The notes under the pieces were generated by a model. The model searched no databases. It was given only the letters and a program-made list of their open reading frames with translations, and was not told the DNA's origin. A stretch of DNA of 63,975 nt, the filler included, from Caldilineae bacterium (GTDB lineage: Bacteria > Chloroflexota > Anaerolineae > DTLA01): assembly GCA_037446815.1 (NCBI GenBank). It is 8 parts of 8 records of this genome, joined end to end, with 100 filler letters (N's around TTAATTAATTAA, not from the genome) between each part and the next. Parts side by side here need not be neighbours in the genome. Positions count along the whole stretch, not along the records: positions 25,569 to 33,325 come from JBBIHX010000136.1; positions 33,426 to 41,140 come from JBBIHX010000137.1; 6 more parts are not named here. One strand, 5' to 3'. This document shows, piece by piece, positions 29,397 through 37,391 of this stretch. Position 1 is the stretch's first letter. Each line of letters opens with the position of its first letter. The position numbers and the translations under genes are program-made.

Positions 29397-30380
29397 ATGG
29401 TGCAGTCGGTCTCATCTGGAACCGTGCTCGGCAATCGCTACAAAGTTCTGGGCCTCATCGCGCAGGGCGGGATGGGCGCGGTGTACAAGTGCAGCGACAC
29501 CCGCCTGGCCGGTCGCCTGTGCGCGGTCAAAGAAACGTGGATTGACCCCAAACTGTCCCCTGAGCAACTGAAACAGATGCAGGAGCAGTTCAAGCGCGAG
29601 GCGACCACCCTAGCCACCCTGGATCACCCCAACCTACCCAAGGTATCCGACTACTTCTCCAGTAGCGGGCGCCACTACCTCGTCATGGACTACGTGGCCG
29701 GTCAGGACCTGCTGACCCTCCTCAAGAGCCGTCCAGCGGAGAAGCCAGGTCTCCCCTGGCAGCAGGTGTTGGAATGGGCCAATCAACTGTGCTCCGCCCT
29801 GGACTACTTGCATACCCAGGACCCGCCCATCTTGCATCGCGACATCAAGCCCGCGAACATCAAACTGGCGGACTCCGGCCTCATCAAGTTGGTGGACTTC
29901 GGGCTGGTCAAGTGGATGGCCCCGGACGACAATTCCACCATCACGGTCATCCAGGGGCTGGGTACACTAGCATACACTCCCCTGGAGCAGTACGGCGGAG
30001 ATACCGGTCACACCGACCCGCGCACGGACATCTACGCCCTGGGCGCAACGTTGTACCATCTGCTCACCGGACAGGCGCCGGCCTCGGCGAAAGAGCGCTT
30101 CCTCAGGCCTAGCAGCCTGATCCCGCCGCAGCAACTTGCGCCCGACCTCCCGCCACACATCGCCGAGGCGATCCTGCGGGCGATGGCCATGCACCCGCAG
30201 GACAGACCGTCAACCGTCAGGGAGTTCCGTGCCCTGCTGAACGGGGAAAGGAGCCTGCTATCCCCGAGCATATCTGCACACCGGCCCACGTGGACCGCCA
30301 TCCTGCGCCGCGACCTGGCCCTCATCGTCCTAGCGGGGTTGCTCTTGCTGGCCTCGCTGCTGGTCTCTCTCGGATTCTAG
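29397..30380 (+). CDS. Hanks-type Ser/Thr protein kinase with C-terminal TM
   Basis: GGMGAVY, AVKE, HRDIKPAN, DFG, TPLEQ, DIYALG. Confidence 0.95.
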   Translation: MVQSVSSGTVLGNRYKVLGLIAQGGMGAVYKCSDTRLAGRLCAVKETWIDPKLSPEQLKQMQEQFKREATTLATLDHPNLPKVSDYFSSSGRHYLVMDYVAGQDLLTLLKSRPAEKPGLPWQQVLEWANQLCSALDYLHTQDPPILHRDIKPANIKLADSGLIKLVDFGLVKWMAPDDNSTITVIQGLGTLAYTPLEQYGGDTGHTDPRTDIYALGATLYHLLTGQAPASAKERFLRPSSLIPPQQLAPDLPPHIAEAILRAMAMHPQDRPSTVREFRALLNGERSLLSPSISAHRPTWTAILRRDLALIVLAGLLLLASLLVSLGF

Positions 30381-33230
30381 CCCTCCGCGATCCCCCACGG
30401 CGCGGCGAAGCGCATGCGCAACCCGGGCCATCGCGTTTGGCCTCGCCCAGCCCACCAACCCGGTAGCCACGCACAGTAGCCACGACACCACCGCCGGCTG
30501 CCAGCGCCAGGGAATCGCAGGGGGCGTGCCCTCCACGAGGACCGCCCGCCCCAGAATCAGCCCCGCCAGGCCGTAGGCCAGGTACCCCGCCAATCCGGCA
30601 CAGAACGCAACCAGCGCTGTCTCCACCGCAACTATCCTGCCCGCTCGCGGGTATACCAGCGCCCCCAGCGCCGTGGACAGCCCAAGCACCCCGGCCACAC
30701 TCAGCAGGAATGCGTAGATGTCCAGCGGGCGCGAAGGCGCTGGAGATGGCGACGCCTCTCCCGGGAAGACCGCAACCGGCGTCGGCTGCGGCGTTGCGGT
30801 TGCCGTCGGCGTCGGCACCAGTGTGGAGATCACCGCCGGCTGATCGCCGCGCACCGAGACCAACAACTTCGCCGACTGCGTCGCCTGCCCTGCCGTAACG
30901 CTCACCTCAATAGTGCCCGGCTGCTCCAACTTCAGGCGCACGCGCGCCTTGCCGTCCGTCGTCTTCGCCGTCTCCTGCCGCGACAGCCGCGACTCGGCGT
31001 CCGAGAACAGGAACGTTACGGCCGTCCCATCGGGCACGGGCTTCCCATTGCGGTCCACAATCACGCCGGTTGTGAGGACAAGTTCATCCCCAAGCCCCAG
31101 ACTCACCTGCCCCCCGTTGGTTCCCGAACCTTCGCCCCCGACCGGCTCCACGTATAGCATCTGGTCGGGCGCCGGTTGCAGTCGCTCGGGCAAGCGATAC
31201 CCCACAGCGGCCACAGACACCGGCGACTTGCCCACAGGCGCGATTTCGCCGAACAGCGCCCGCAGGCCGGCTTCTATGGCCCATTCGGTCGCGCTATACA
31301 ACCCGTAGTACACGCTCACCTTTGCAACATCTGTGGAATCCAGGCAATAGGGTGCTCCCAAAGCGAACACCACGACGCGCTTGTCGCGCAACAGCGCCGC
31401 CTCCTGGCGGAGGAACGCGGCAAGCGGATTCGTGGCCGCGCCCACGGGCGGCCCGCAGCCCTGCGCCACAAACAGCACCCACCCGGCCTGAGCGATCGCC
31501 TCCTGCAGGCGCGCCGGGCCTTCGTCCGCGCTGCCCGCCAGCATCCCGGCCAAATCGTCAAACGTAAACGAGAGGACGCGGGTCATATCCAAATGCCCAC
31601 TGCCCTCTTGCCCGTACAGGCGCTGGAGGACGCGAAGCGTGGTGCCCGATGGCGGCTGTTCCGTCGGCTCGCACCCCTCGCAGGCGGCCTGCGCCACGAC
31701 CTCCTCCACGATCACGACGCGGTCGCCGACTCCCGGGGGCGTGGGCATCTTTGCCGCCAACTCCTCGGGCCGCGGATAGATGACGGTTACCGCCTGCGCG
31801 GCGATGGCCGACATATCCTGCGCGCCCTGGCCCGCCGTCGGGGGCAAATCCCCGCTAGGGACGACCGCTTCCGCGGTGAAACGCGGATACAGGCGCAACT
31901 TCGCCGCCAGGATGCGCCGAACGCTATCGTCCACCCGCCCGCGGAACGCCGCATCCGACTGATACTTCGCCTGGAAGAATTCCAATGTCTCGCGCACGCT
32001 GGCGAAATGCTCGTCCCAATCCCCCATTGTCGGGCCGACCATGTCCAGCATCAGAATATCGTTGCCTGCCAGGAACGCATCGTAGGCCGCCCGCTTGGCC
32101 TGGAATCCTTCCCCCTTCGGATCGTAATACAGGCGCACCGAACGCGCGCCCAGAGAATCGCTCACCAGCAACCCACCGTTGCTGCGCCACTCGTCAACGG
32201 GGGACTGCGACAGGAAGAAATACAAAGCCTGCGAGTCCAGGCTCGCCGGCCTTGCCATCTGCGTGCTGGCATTGATGCTGTGGAACTGGACGTGCGTCGT
32301 GAGCATGCCATCCAGGACGTCATCCGCCTCGGGCGACGCCGGGCGGGTCAGCGCCACGAACGGAAGAGCATCCGTCGCCAGTCGGTTCTCCAGCGAGTCC
32401 TGAATCACCGGTATCTCTGTGTACACATCCCTGTCCGCAACGCCCAGGCCCGGGAAATGCGTGCCGACGCTCAAGACGCGGCCCCCAGACCCCGCATGCA
32501 CCCCCCGCACATACGCCCTGCCCATCACCGAGACCCAGTAGGGCGATTCGCCGAAGGTGTCCGTTCCCAAATCTCCGAGCAGCCCACCCCGCGTCGGGTT
32601 GGCCACATCCAGCGGGGGGCCGAGTAGCACGTTCACGCCGATGGCGCGGAGCAAATCCCCCGCCTGGCGGCCCGCTCGCTCGGACGCGCTCGGATTCCAT
32701 GTTGCGCCCAGCGTCATCATGCTCACTTGCTGATACGCGCTCGTCCCATCGTGCAACAGCGCCATGTCCGAGGAACTCATCGCGACGAACAGCGGCAAAG
32801 CCACCGATTCTGCAACGACAGAGGGCGTGGGCGCTGCTCCCTCCGCAGTAACCGCTGGAGTCGCCGTTGGCGTCGCCGTCCCCAACGGGCCCGCGGAACC
32901 TCCCAGCGCGACGCTCTGGAGAGAGGCGACAAGGTCGCGGAGCGCCTGCGCGTTCCCCGCCACGGGCGACAGATTCCCATTCCGCGCAGCCACCATCACC
33001 CCGCCGATGCGATACGTCTGCACCAGGCCCACCACCTCCGCCAGGCGGTCGGGCGGGAACCCAACCAGGAACAATTGCCCGACCCGCTCCGCTGGCGTCA
33101 TGCGCGCCAGCAGCGAATCCACATCCCCGGCAGTCGCCTGGCCGCCGACGGGCGCAGGCCACGCCGCGCCGGCCACCATCAGCCACAGTAGGGCTATGAG
33201 CACACAACTGCGCGTTCTACGACGCATCAT
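30330..33230 (-). CDS. Membrane-anchored glycoside hydrolase family 3 (NagZ-like) protein
   Basis: Signal peptide, MTPAERVGQLF, LGATW, GPPLDV, HFPG, SDSL, AGND; C-terminal TMs; 3' end overlaps the convergent kinase. Confidence 0.85.
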   Translation of the reverse strand: MMRRRTRSCVLIALLWLMVAGAAWPAPVGGQATAGDVDSLLARMTPAERVGQLFLVGFPPDRLAEVVGLVQTYRIGGVMVAARNGNLSPVAGNAQALRDLVASLQSVALGGSAGPLGTATPTATPAVTAEGAAPTPSVVAESVALPLFVAMSSSDMALLHDGTSAYQQVSMMTLGATWNPSASERAGRQAGDLLRAIGVNVLLGPPLDVANPTRGGLLGDLGTDTFGESPYWVSVMGRAYVRGVHAGSGGRVLSVGTHFPGLGVADRDVYTEIPVIQDSLENRLATDALPFVALTRPASPEADDVLDGMLTTHVQFHSINASTQMARPASLDSQALYFFLSQSPVDEWRSNGGLLVSDSLGARSVRLYYDPKGEGFQAKRAAYDAFLAGNDILMLDMVGPTMGDWDEHFASVRETLEFFQAKYQSDAAFRGRVDDSVRRILAAKLRLYPRFTAEAVVPSGDLPPTAGQGAQDMSAIAAQAVTVIYPRPEELAAKMPTPPGVGDRVVIVEEVVAQAACEGCEPTEQPPSGTTLRVLQRLYGQEGSGHLDMTRVLSFTFDDLAGMLAGSADEGPARLQEAIAQAGWVLFVAQGCGPPVGAATNPLAAFLRQEAALLRDKRVVVFALGAPYCLDSTDVAKVSVYYGLYSATEWAIEAGLRALFGEIAPVGKSPVSVAAVGYRLPERLQPAPDQMLYVEPVGGEGSGTNGGQVSLGLGDELVLTTGVIVDRNGKPVPDGTAVTFLFSDAESRLSRQETAKTTDGKARVRLKLEQPGTIEVSVTAGQATQSAKLLVSVRGDQPAVISTLVPTPTATATPQPTPVAVFPGEASPSPAPSRPLDIYAFLLSVAGVLGLSTALGALVYPRAGRIVAVETALVAFCAGLAGYLAYGLAGLILGRAVLVEGTPPAIPWRWQPAVVSWLLCVATGLVGWARPNAMARVAHALRRAVGDRGGLESERDQQRGQQEQPR

Positions 33231-33253
33231 GCATGCACCATCCTTCGGCCGAG

Positions 33254-33282
33254 AGTATACCCCAGCGCACTCAGTCGGTCAA
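33254..33282 (-). promoter_or_regulatory. Sigma70-type promoter TTGACC-17-TATACT
   Basis: Upstream of the GH3 gene. Confidence 0.75.
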
Positions 33283-33297
33283 CCGCCGCGACGCAAC

Positions 33298-33325
33298 GAC
33301 TCGGCTTCAACTGTGTTGGTCAAGT
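33298..33325 (-). mobile_element. MITE terminal repeat at contig end
   Basis: GACTCGGCTTCAACTGTGTTGGTC resembles the reverse complement of the 3241-3391 right end. Confidence 0.65.
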
Positions 33326-33425
33326 NNNNNNNNNNNNNNNNNNNNNNNNNNNNNNNNNNNNNNNNNNNNTTAATTAATTAANNNNNNNNNNNNNNNNNNN
33401 NNNNNNNNNNNNNNNNNNNNNNNNN

Positions 33426-33690
33426 CCCTGAGCGAAGCGAAGGGTCTCGGGTTGCGAGATTCCTCGCGGCTGCGCCGCTCGGAATGACAGTTGTGGGGGC
33501 GGGGTCGCGCGGGGCTGGCGGCTAAAGGCTAATGGCCAGCCTGTCACCCTGAGCGAAGCGAAGGGTCTCGGGTTGCGAGATTCCTCGGCGCTTCGCGCCT
33601 CGGAATGACGGTTGGGGTGGCCGCGCGGGGCTGGCGGCTAAAGGCTAATGGCTAGCGGCTAACGGCTATCGGCTGACGGCTATCTGCTAC
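33426..33690. repeat. Two tandem ~120-bp REP-like units followed by GGCT(A/G)NN heptamer repeats
   Basis: CCCTGAGCGAAGCGAAGGGTCTC...CTCGGAATGAC twice; GGCTAAA GGCTAAT GGCTAGC GGCTAAC GGCTATC GGCTGAC. Confidence 0.85.
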
Positions 33691-33704
33691 TCGGAGGAGG
33701 AAAC

Positions 33705-34340
33705 ATGGCAGTGTTCCTGGATTCGGCGATGGTGGACGAGGCGCAACGGGCCTGGGATTGGCGGCTCGTGGACGGCGTAACGACCAACCCGGCGCTGGTG
33801 GCGAAGGCGGGGCGCGCGGCGCTGGACATCGTCCGCGACATCACCCGCATCGGCGACTGGGACGTGTTCTACCAACTCACCGGCCGCACGGCCGAGGCGC
33901 TCCTGGAGGAGGCCATGCGGGCCACCGACGTGGCCCCCGGCCAGATTGTGCTCAAGATCATGGTCTCCTTGCCCAACCTGGAACTCGTGTTGGGGCACGA
34001 CGAGTTCCGCTGGGCCGTTACGGGCATCGGCAGCACGGCGCAGGGGCTGCTGGCGCTGGAAACCGGGGCCGAGTATGTCATCCCCTACGTGAACCGCATC
34101 ACGCGCGCGGGCGGCGACGGCATCGGCGTGGTGGCCGAGATCGCCACCCTCGCACGGAGGGTGGAGTACCGGGGCGAAATCCTGGCCGCAAGCCTGAAGT
34201 CGCCGCAGGAGGTGGCCGACGTGCTCATCGCCGGCGCGGATCACGTAACGGTTCCGTGGGCGCTGCTGGAGGAGATGGCGCGGCATCCGGTTACCGACGC
34301 GGCGGACGAGGATTTTCGGCGCGCGCTGGGGCAGGCGTAG
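33705..34340 (+). CDS. Transaldolase family protein, fructose-6-phosphate aldolase type
   Basis: FLDSA, GVTTNP, Schiff-base Lys in VLKI, ASLK; Gln (FYQ) and Tyr (PYVNR) indicate FSA type. Confidence 0.85.
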   Translation: MAVFLDSAMVDEAQRAWDWRLVDGVTTNPALVAKAGRAALDIVRDITRIGDWDVFYQLTGRTAEALLEEAMRATDVAPGQIVLKIMVSLPNLELVLGHDEFRWAVTGIGSTAQGLLALETGAEYVIPYVNRITRAGGDGIGVVAEIATLARRVEYRGEILAASLKSPQEVADVLIAGADHVTVPWALLEEMARHPVTDAADEDFRRALGQA

Positions 34341-34343
34341 CAC

Positions 34344-34493
34344 GATTCGGTTCCAAAGTCTGTTGGCGTTTGTCATTGCGAGGGCGCGGAGCGCCCGAAG
34401 CAATCTCTGGGGCGTGAGGTTGCTTCGCTTCGCTCGCAACGACACATGGGAAGAGTGCGCCTGCGGTTCACCAACACAAGACGGAACCGAGTC
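34344..34493 (+). mobile_element. 150-bp MITE
   Basis: Ends GATTCGGTTCCA/CGGAACCGAGTC; 8-bp duplication CGTAGCAC at 34336-34343 and 34494-34501. Confidence 0.92.
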
Positions 34494-34583
34494 CGTAGCA
34501 CAAGCCCCGCTGTCCATGGCCGGCGCCTGACGGCTGATGGCTGATGGCTGACGGCTGATCGCTGACCGCTCAAGAGGTCTCTG

Positions 34584-35111
34584 ATGGGAAAAGCGAAGGA
34601 ACCCAAACCGGTGAAACTCATCGCCAGCATCTTCGGCGCGGATGCGGGGCAGATTGACCGCGCCCAGGCCGCACTGGAGGTTCGGTTCGGGCCGGTGGAC
34701 TTCCGCTCGGACCTGCTGCCCTTTGACCACACGGAGTTCTACGCGCCCGAGTTTGGGGCGGGCTTGGTGCGGCGCATCGTGGCCTTTGAGCGGCTGGTGG
34801 ACCCCGCGGCGTTGCCCGACATCAAGTTGGCGACCAACGCGCTGGAGGCCGAGATGGCCGTCAGGGGGAAGCGCACGGTGAACATAGACCCGGGCTACGT
34901 GAGCGAGGGGAAACTGGTGCTCGCCAGCACCAAGGACCACCGGCACCGCATCTACCTGGGCAAGGGCATCTACGGGGAGATCACGCTTCACTACCATCGG
35001 GGCGAGTTCCGCGCGTGGGAATGGACGTACCCAGACTACGCCAGCCCGCGCTACCGCGAGATCTTCGCCCGCATCCGCGCGCGGTACCGGGAGCAGTTGA
35101 GGGGGCTGTAG
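34584..35111 (+). CDS. DUF4416 family protein
   Basis: FY..EFG..L.R, IK..TN.LE, RTVNIDPGY, LASTK...HRIYL..GIY.E, WTYPDY. Confidence 0.85.
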   Translation: MGKAKEPKPVKLIASIFGADAGQIDRAQAALEVRFGPVDFRSDLLPFDHTEFYAPEFGAGLVRRIVAFERLVDPAALPDIKLATNALEAEMAVRGKRTVNIDPGYVSEGKLVLASTKDHRHRIYLGKGIYGEITLHYHRGEFRAWEWTYPDYASPRYREIFARIRARYREQLRGL

Positions 35112-35115
35112 CGTC

Positions 35116-36333
35116 CTACTCCGCCACCAGGCCCACCTCGGCCACCATGCTCTGATAGTTCCACCCCGAAGCGTACACCCGCAGCGATGTGATCCACGCG
35201 GGCTTGGCGTTGGCCAGTTCCTCCATGAGGTTGGCGGACTCAAAGGGGTACCACGTGTCGTGCGGAACCTGGATGCCGTAGTACAGGATGGGGAGATTGT
35301 CGGGGTTGCGGTAGTAGAAGCCGCGCACCCAGTGCTGGGGATTCCCGTACACGTCCACGTAGTCCAGCCGCACCATGACCGGGAACTCGCTGCTTTGCAA
35401 CCCGCCGCCCGATAGGCTCTGGTACAGGATGCGCACGTCCATGCGCAGTTTCAGGGAGACGAAGTCGCGGGCGTCCTTGTCAATCTTCTGGACGAGGAAG
35501 ACGGCGTTGTGCTCGCCCTCGCGGCCCATGCGGCTGAACTGGGCCGCCAGGCGCCCGCCTGCCTGGACGATCTCCACCTTGCCCGCCTGGACATCCTCCG
35601 ACAGGCGCTCGGTGTCCACCTGCCACCCGACGGACAGGGGCTGCGAGAAGTCGCCGTTGATGACCAGGTCGCGGATGGCGGCCACGGGCGGGGTTGGGGG
35701 TTGGCCGAGGCGCAACGTGGTGCGCTGCCGAGGCTGCACCTGGGTGTCCACGCCGCCGCCGCGCACCGTCGCCGAGCCGTAGCGCACGGAAACGTCGGTC
35801 TGCTCGTTGCCCACCTCTACCAGGATGCTGGCGTCGCTGAAGACGATGGCGCCCTGCGGCGTGCGCACCTCCACGTAGAGGGGGAAGTGCCCCGACGGCG
35901 CGGCGGCGATGCGCGCCCGGCCCGACTTCACGGCCAGCACGATGCGGTCCGAAGCCCTACTGGACGCGAATCGGGGCGAGCGAATCTCCACCACCTCCAC
36001 GCGGGTGTTGGCGAACAACTGCACGGTGCTAAGGACGAGGCGCTCCTGCGGGTTCTCGTAGAAGGTGAGGATGCCCTGCGAGGTGCGGTCGGTCTGAATC
36101 TGCGCGCCCTCGGCGATATCGTCGCGGCGGTCGGTAACGGCCAGGTTGGTGCTGAGGCCCGGGTACTCCACGACGATGGTGGGGACGATGGCCTCCAGCG
36201 AGGCGAGGCGAGGCACCAGCGCGCGGTTTACGTAGGCCTTGACGCCCAGCGGCACGCCCACGACCAGCGCCAGGAACGTGAGGAACGCGCAGATGAGCAC
36301 GAACCAAGCCAGCCGCTCGGGGTTTTTTCTCAT
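35116..36333 (-). CDS. Membrane-anchored FecR-like/carbohydrate-binding-like hypothetical protein
   Basis: N-terminal TM; FecR-like VRTPQG..VSVRYGSA; INGDF CBM-like start. Confidence 0.6.
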   Translation of the reverse strand: MRKNPERLAWFVLICAFLTFLALVVGVPLGVKAYVNRALVPRLASLEAIVPTIVVEYPGLSTNLAVTDRRDDIAEGAQIQTDRTSQGILTFYENPQERLVLSTVQLFANTRVEVVEIRSPRFASSRASDRIVLAVKSGRARIAAAPSGHFPLYVEVRTPQGAIVFSDASILVEVGNEQTDVSVRYGSATVRGGGVDTQVQPRQRTTLRLGQPPTPPVAAIRDLVINGDFSQPLSVGWQVDTERLSEDVQAGKVEIVQAGGRLAAQFSRMGREGEHNAVFLVQKIDKDARDFVSLKLRMDVRILYQSLSGGGLQSSEFPVMVRLDYVDVYGNPQHWVRGFYYRNPDNLPILYYGIQVPHDTWYPFESANLMEELANAKPAWITSLRVYASGWNYQSMVAEVGLVAE

Positions 36334-36612
36334 CTAGAATCGCACTCCGAATCCCTGGAATTCGCCGGTGGCATTGCCCCACTGGACTTCTACCTGGCTG
36401 ACGCGGGCGCTGCGCGGCCCTTCGCGCAAGATGTCCAGAAACGTCTCCAGCGCAAGCCGGTCGCCCTCTGCCAGCACTTCCACCGTCCCATCCCAGGCGT
36501 TGCGAACGTAGCCGCGCACGCCGAGGCGCTGCGCCTGCGCTCGTGCGAAGGCACGGAACCCGACGCCCTGCACGTCGCCGTAGATTTTCACGAACATACG
36601 CACCGGGGTCAT
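36334..36612 (-). CDS. acyP: Acylphosphatase
   Basis: GDVQGVGFR, GYVRN..DGTVE, GP. Confidence 0.95.
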   Translation of the reverse strand: MTPVRMFVKIYGDVQGVGFRAFARAQAQRLGVRGYVRNAWDGTVEVLAEGDRLALETFLDILREGPRSARVSQVEVQWGNATGEFQGFGVRF

Positions 36613-36737
36613 GCGTGCACCTCACGGGCGAAGCCTGGCCCCTATTATACCCGTCTGGGCAAGAGAAGCAAACTTGCATTCGGCCATCAGCCATCAGCGG
36701 GTAGCCGTCAGCCTTTGGCTGTTAGCCTTTGGGTGGC

Positions 36738-37256
36738 CTACACGGGCCAGTCCTCTATCTCGGCCAGGCGGAGTACGAACCCCGCGCCGCCGCACCCGTG
36801 CACCGGCGTGGACGGCCCACGGGCGATGAGGGTGCGGCGGGAGCGCGCCTCGCGGATGAGGACCTCGCGCGGGGCGTCGGCGTAGCGCCAGTGGCACACG
36901 TACACGTCCGAGGCCAGGTCTAGCCCCACCAGGCGGCGGAGGTTCGCGCAGTTCCAGCAGGTGCGGGCAAGAGGGCGGCCCTGGTGGCTCAGCCCGGCGC
37001 GGCGACAGGCGGCGCGGAAGCCGGCGTTGTTCATGGCGCGACCCGGGCCGGGCGCGCGGCGCGGGATGCGGCGGTTGAGGATGCACCGCTCGGCGGTGCA
37101 GCGCGCGCAGTACAGTTGCGCACGGGTCTGGCCGGGCGGGACGGGGCGCAGGGCAGCCGTCGCCGTGTCGCGGCACGGGTATTCCAGGGGGCGGTAGTTG
37201 GAGCCGAATTTCCAGTAGATGCCGGCGCGTTGCCGGGCGGAGTGAGACCGTGTCAC
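36738..37256 (-). CDS. Cys/Arg-rich hypothetical protein, probable Zn-binding
   Basis: RBS GGAGG 5 nt before GTG; dedicated promoter; CxxC motifs CARC, CWNC. Confidence 0.6.
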   Translation of the reverse strand: MTRSHSARQRAGIYWKFGSNYRPLEYPCRDTATAALRPVPPGQTRAQLYCARCTAERCILNRRIPRRAPGPGRAMNNAGFRAACRRAGLSHQGRPLARTCWNCANLRRLVGLDLASDVYVCHWRYADAPREVLIREARSRRTLIARGPSTPVHGCGGAGFVLRLAEIEDWPV

Positions 37257-37299
37257 GAGAGCCTCCCGATGTAGGACGCGGGGGCTGTCGCGCCGATTG

Positions 37300-37342
37300 G
37301 AACGTTTGTTCTATCCTATTGGAGAACGACGGCGTTGACAAG
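37300..37342 (-). promoter_or_regulatory. Promoter TTGTCA-17-TAGGAT with LexA box GAAC-N4-GTTC (37300-37311)
   Basis: GAACGTTTGTTC lies immediately downstream of the -10. Confidence 0.75.
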
Positions 37343-37391
37343 GGCGAAACGGGCGGGGAAGTTTAAAATTCTGCTTGCGCATGGGGCGCGG

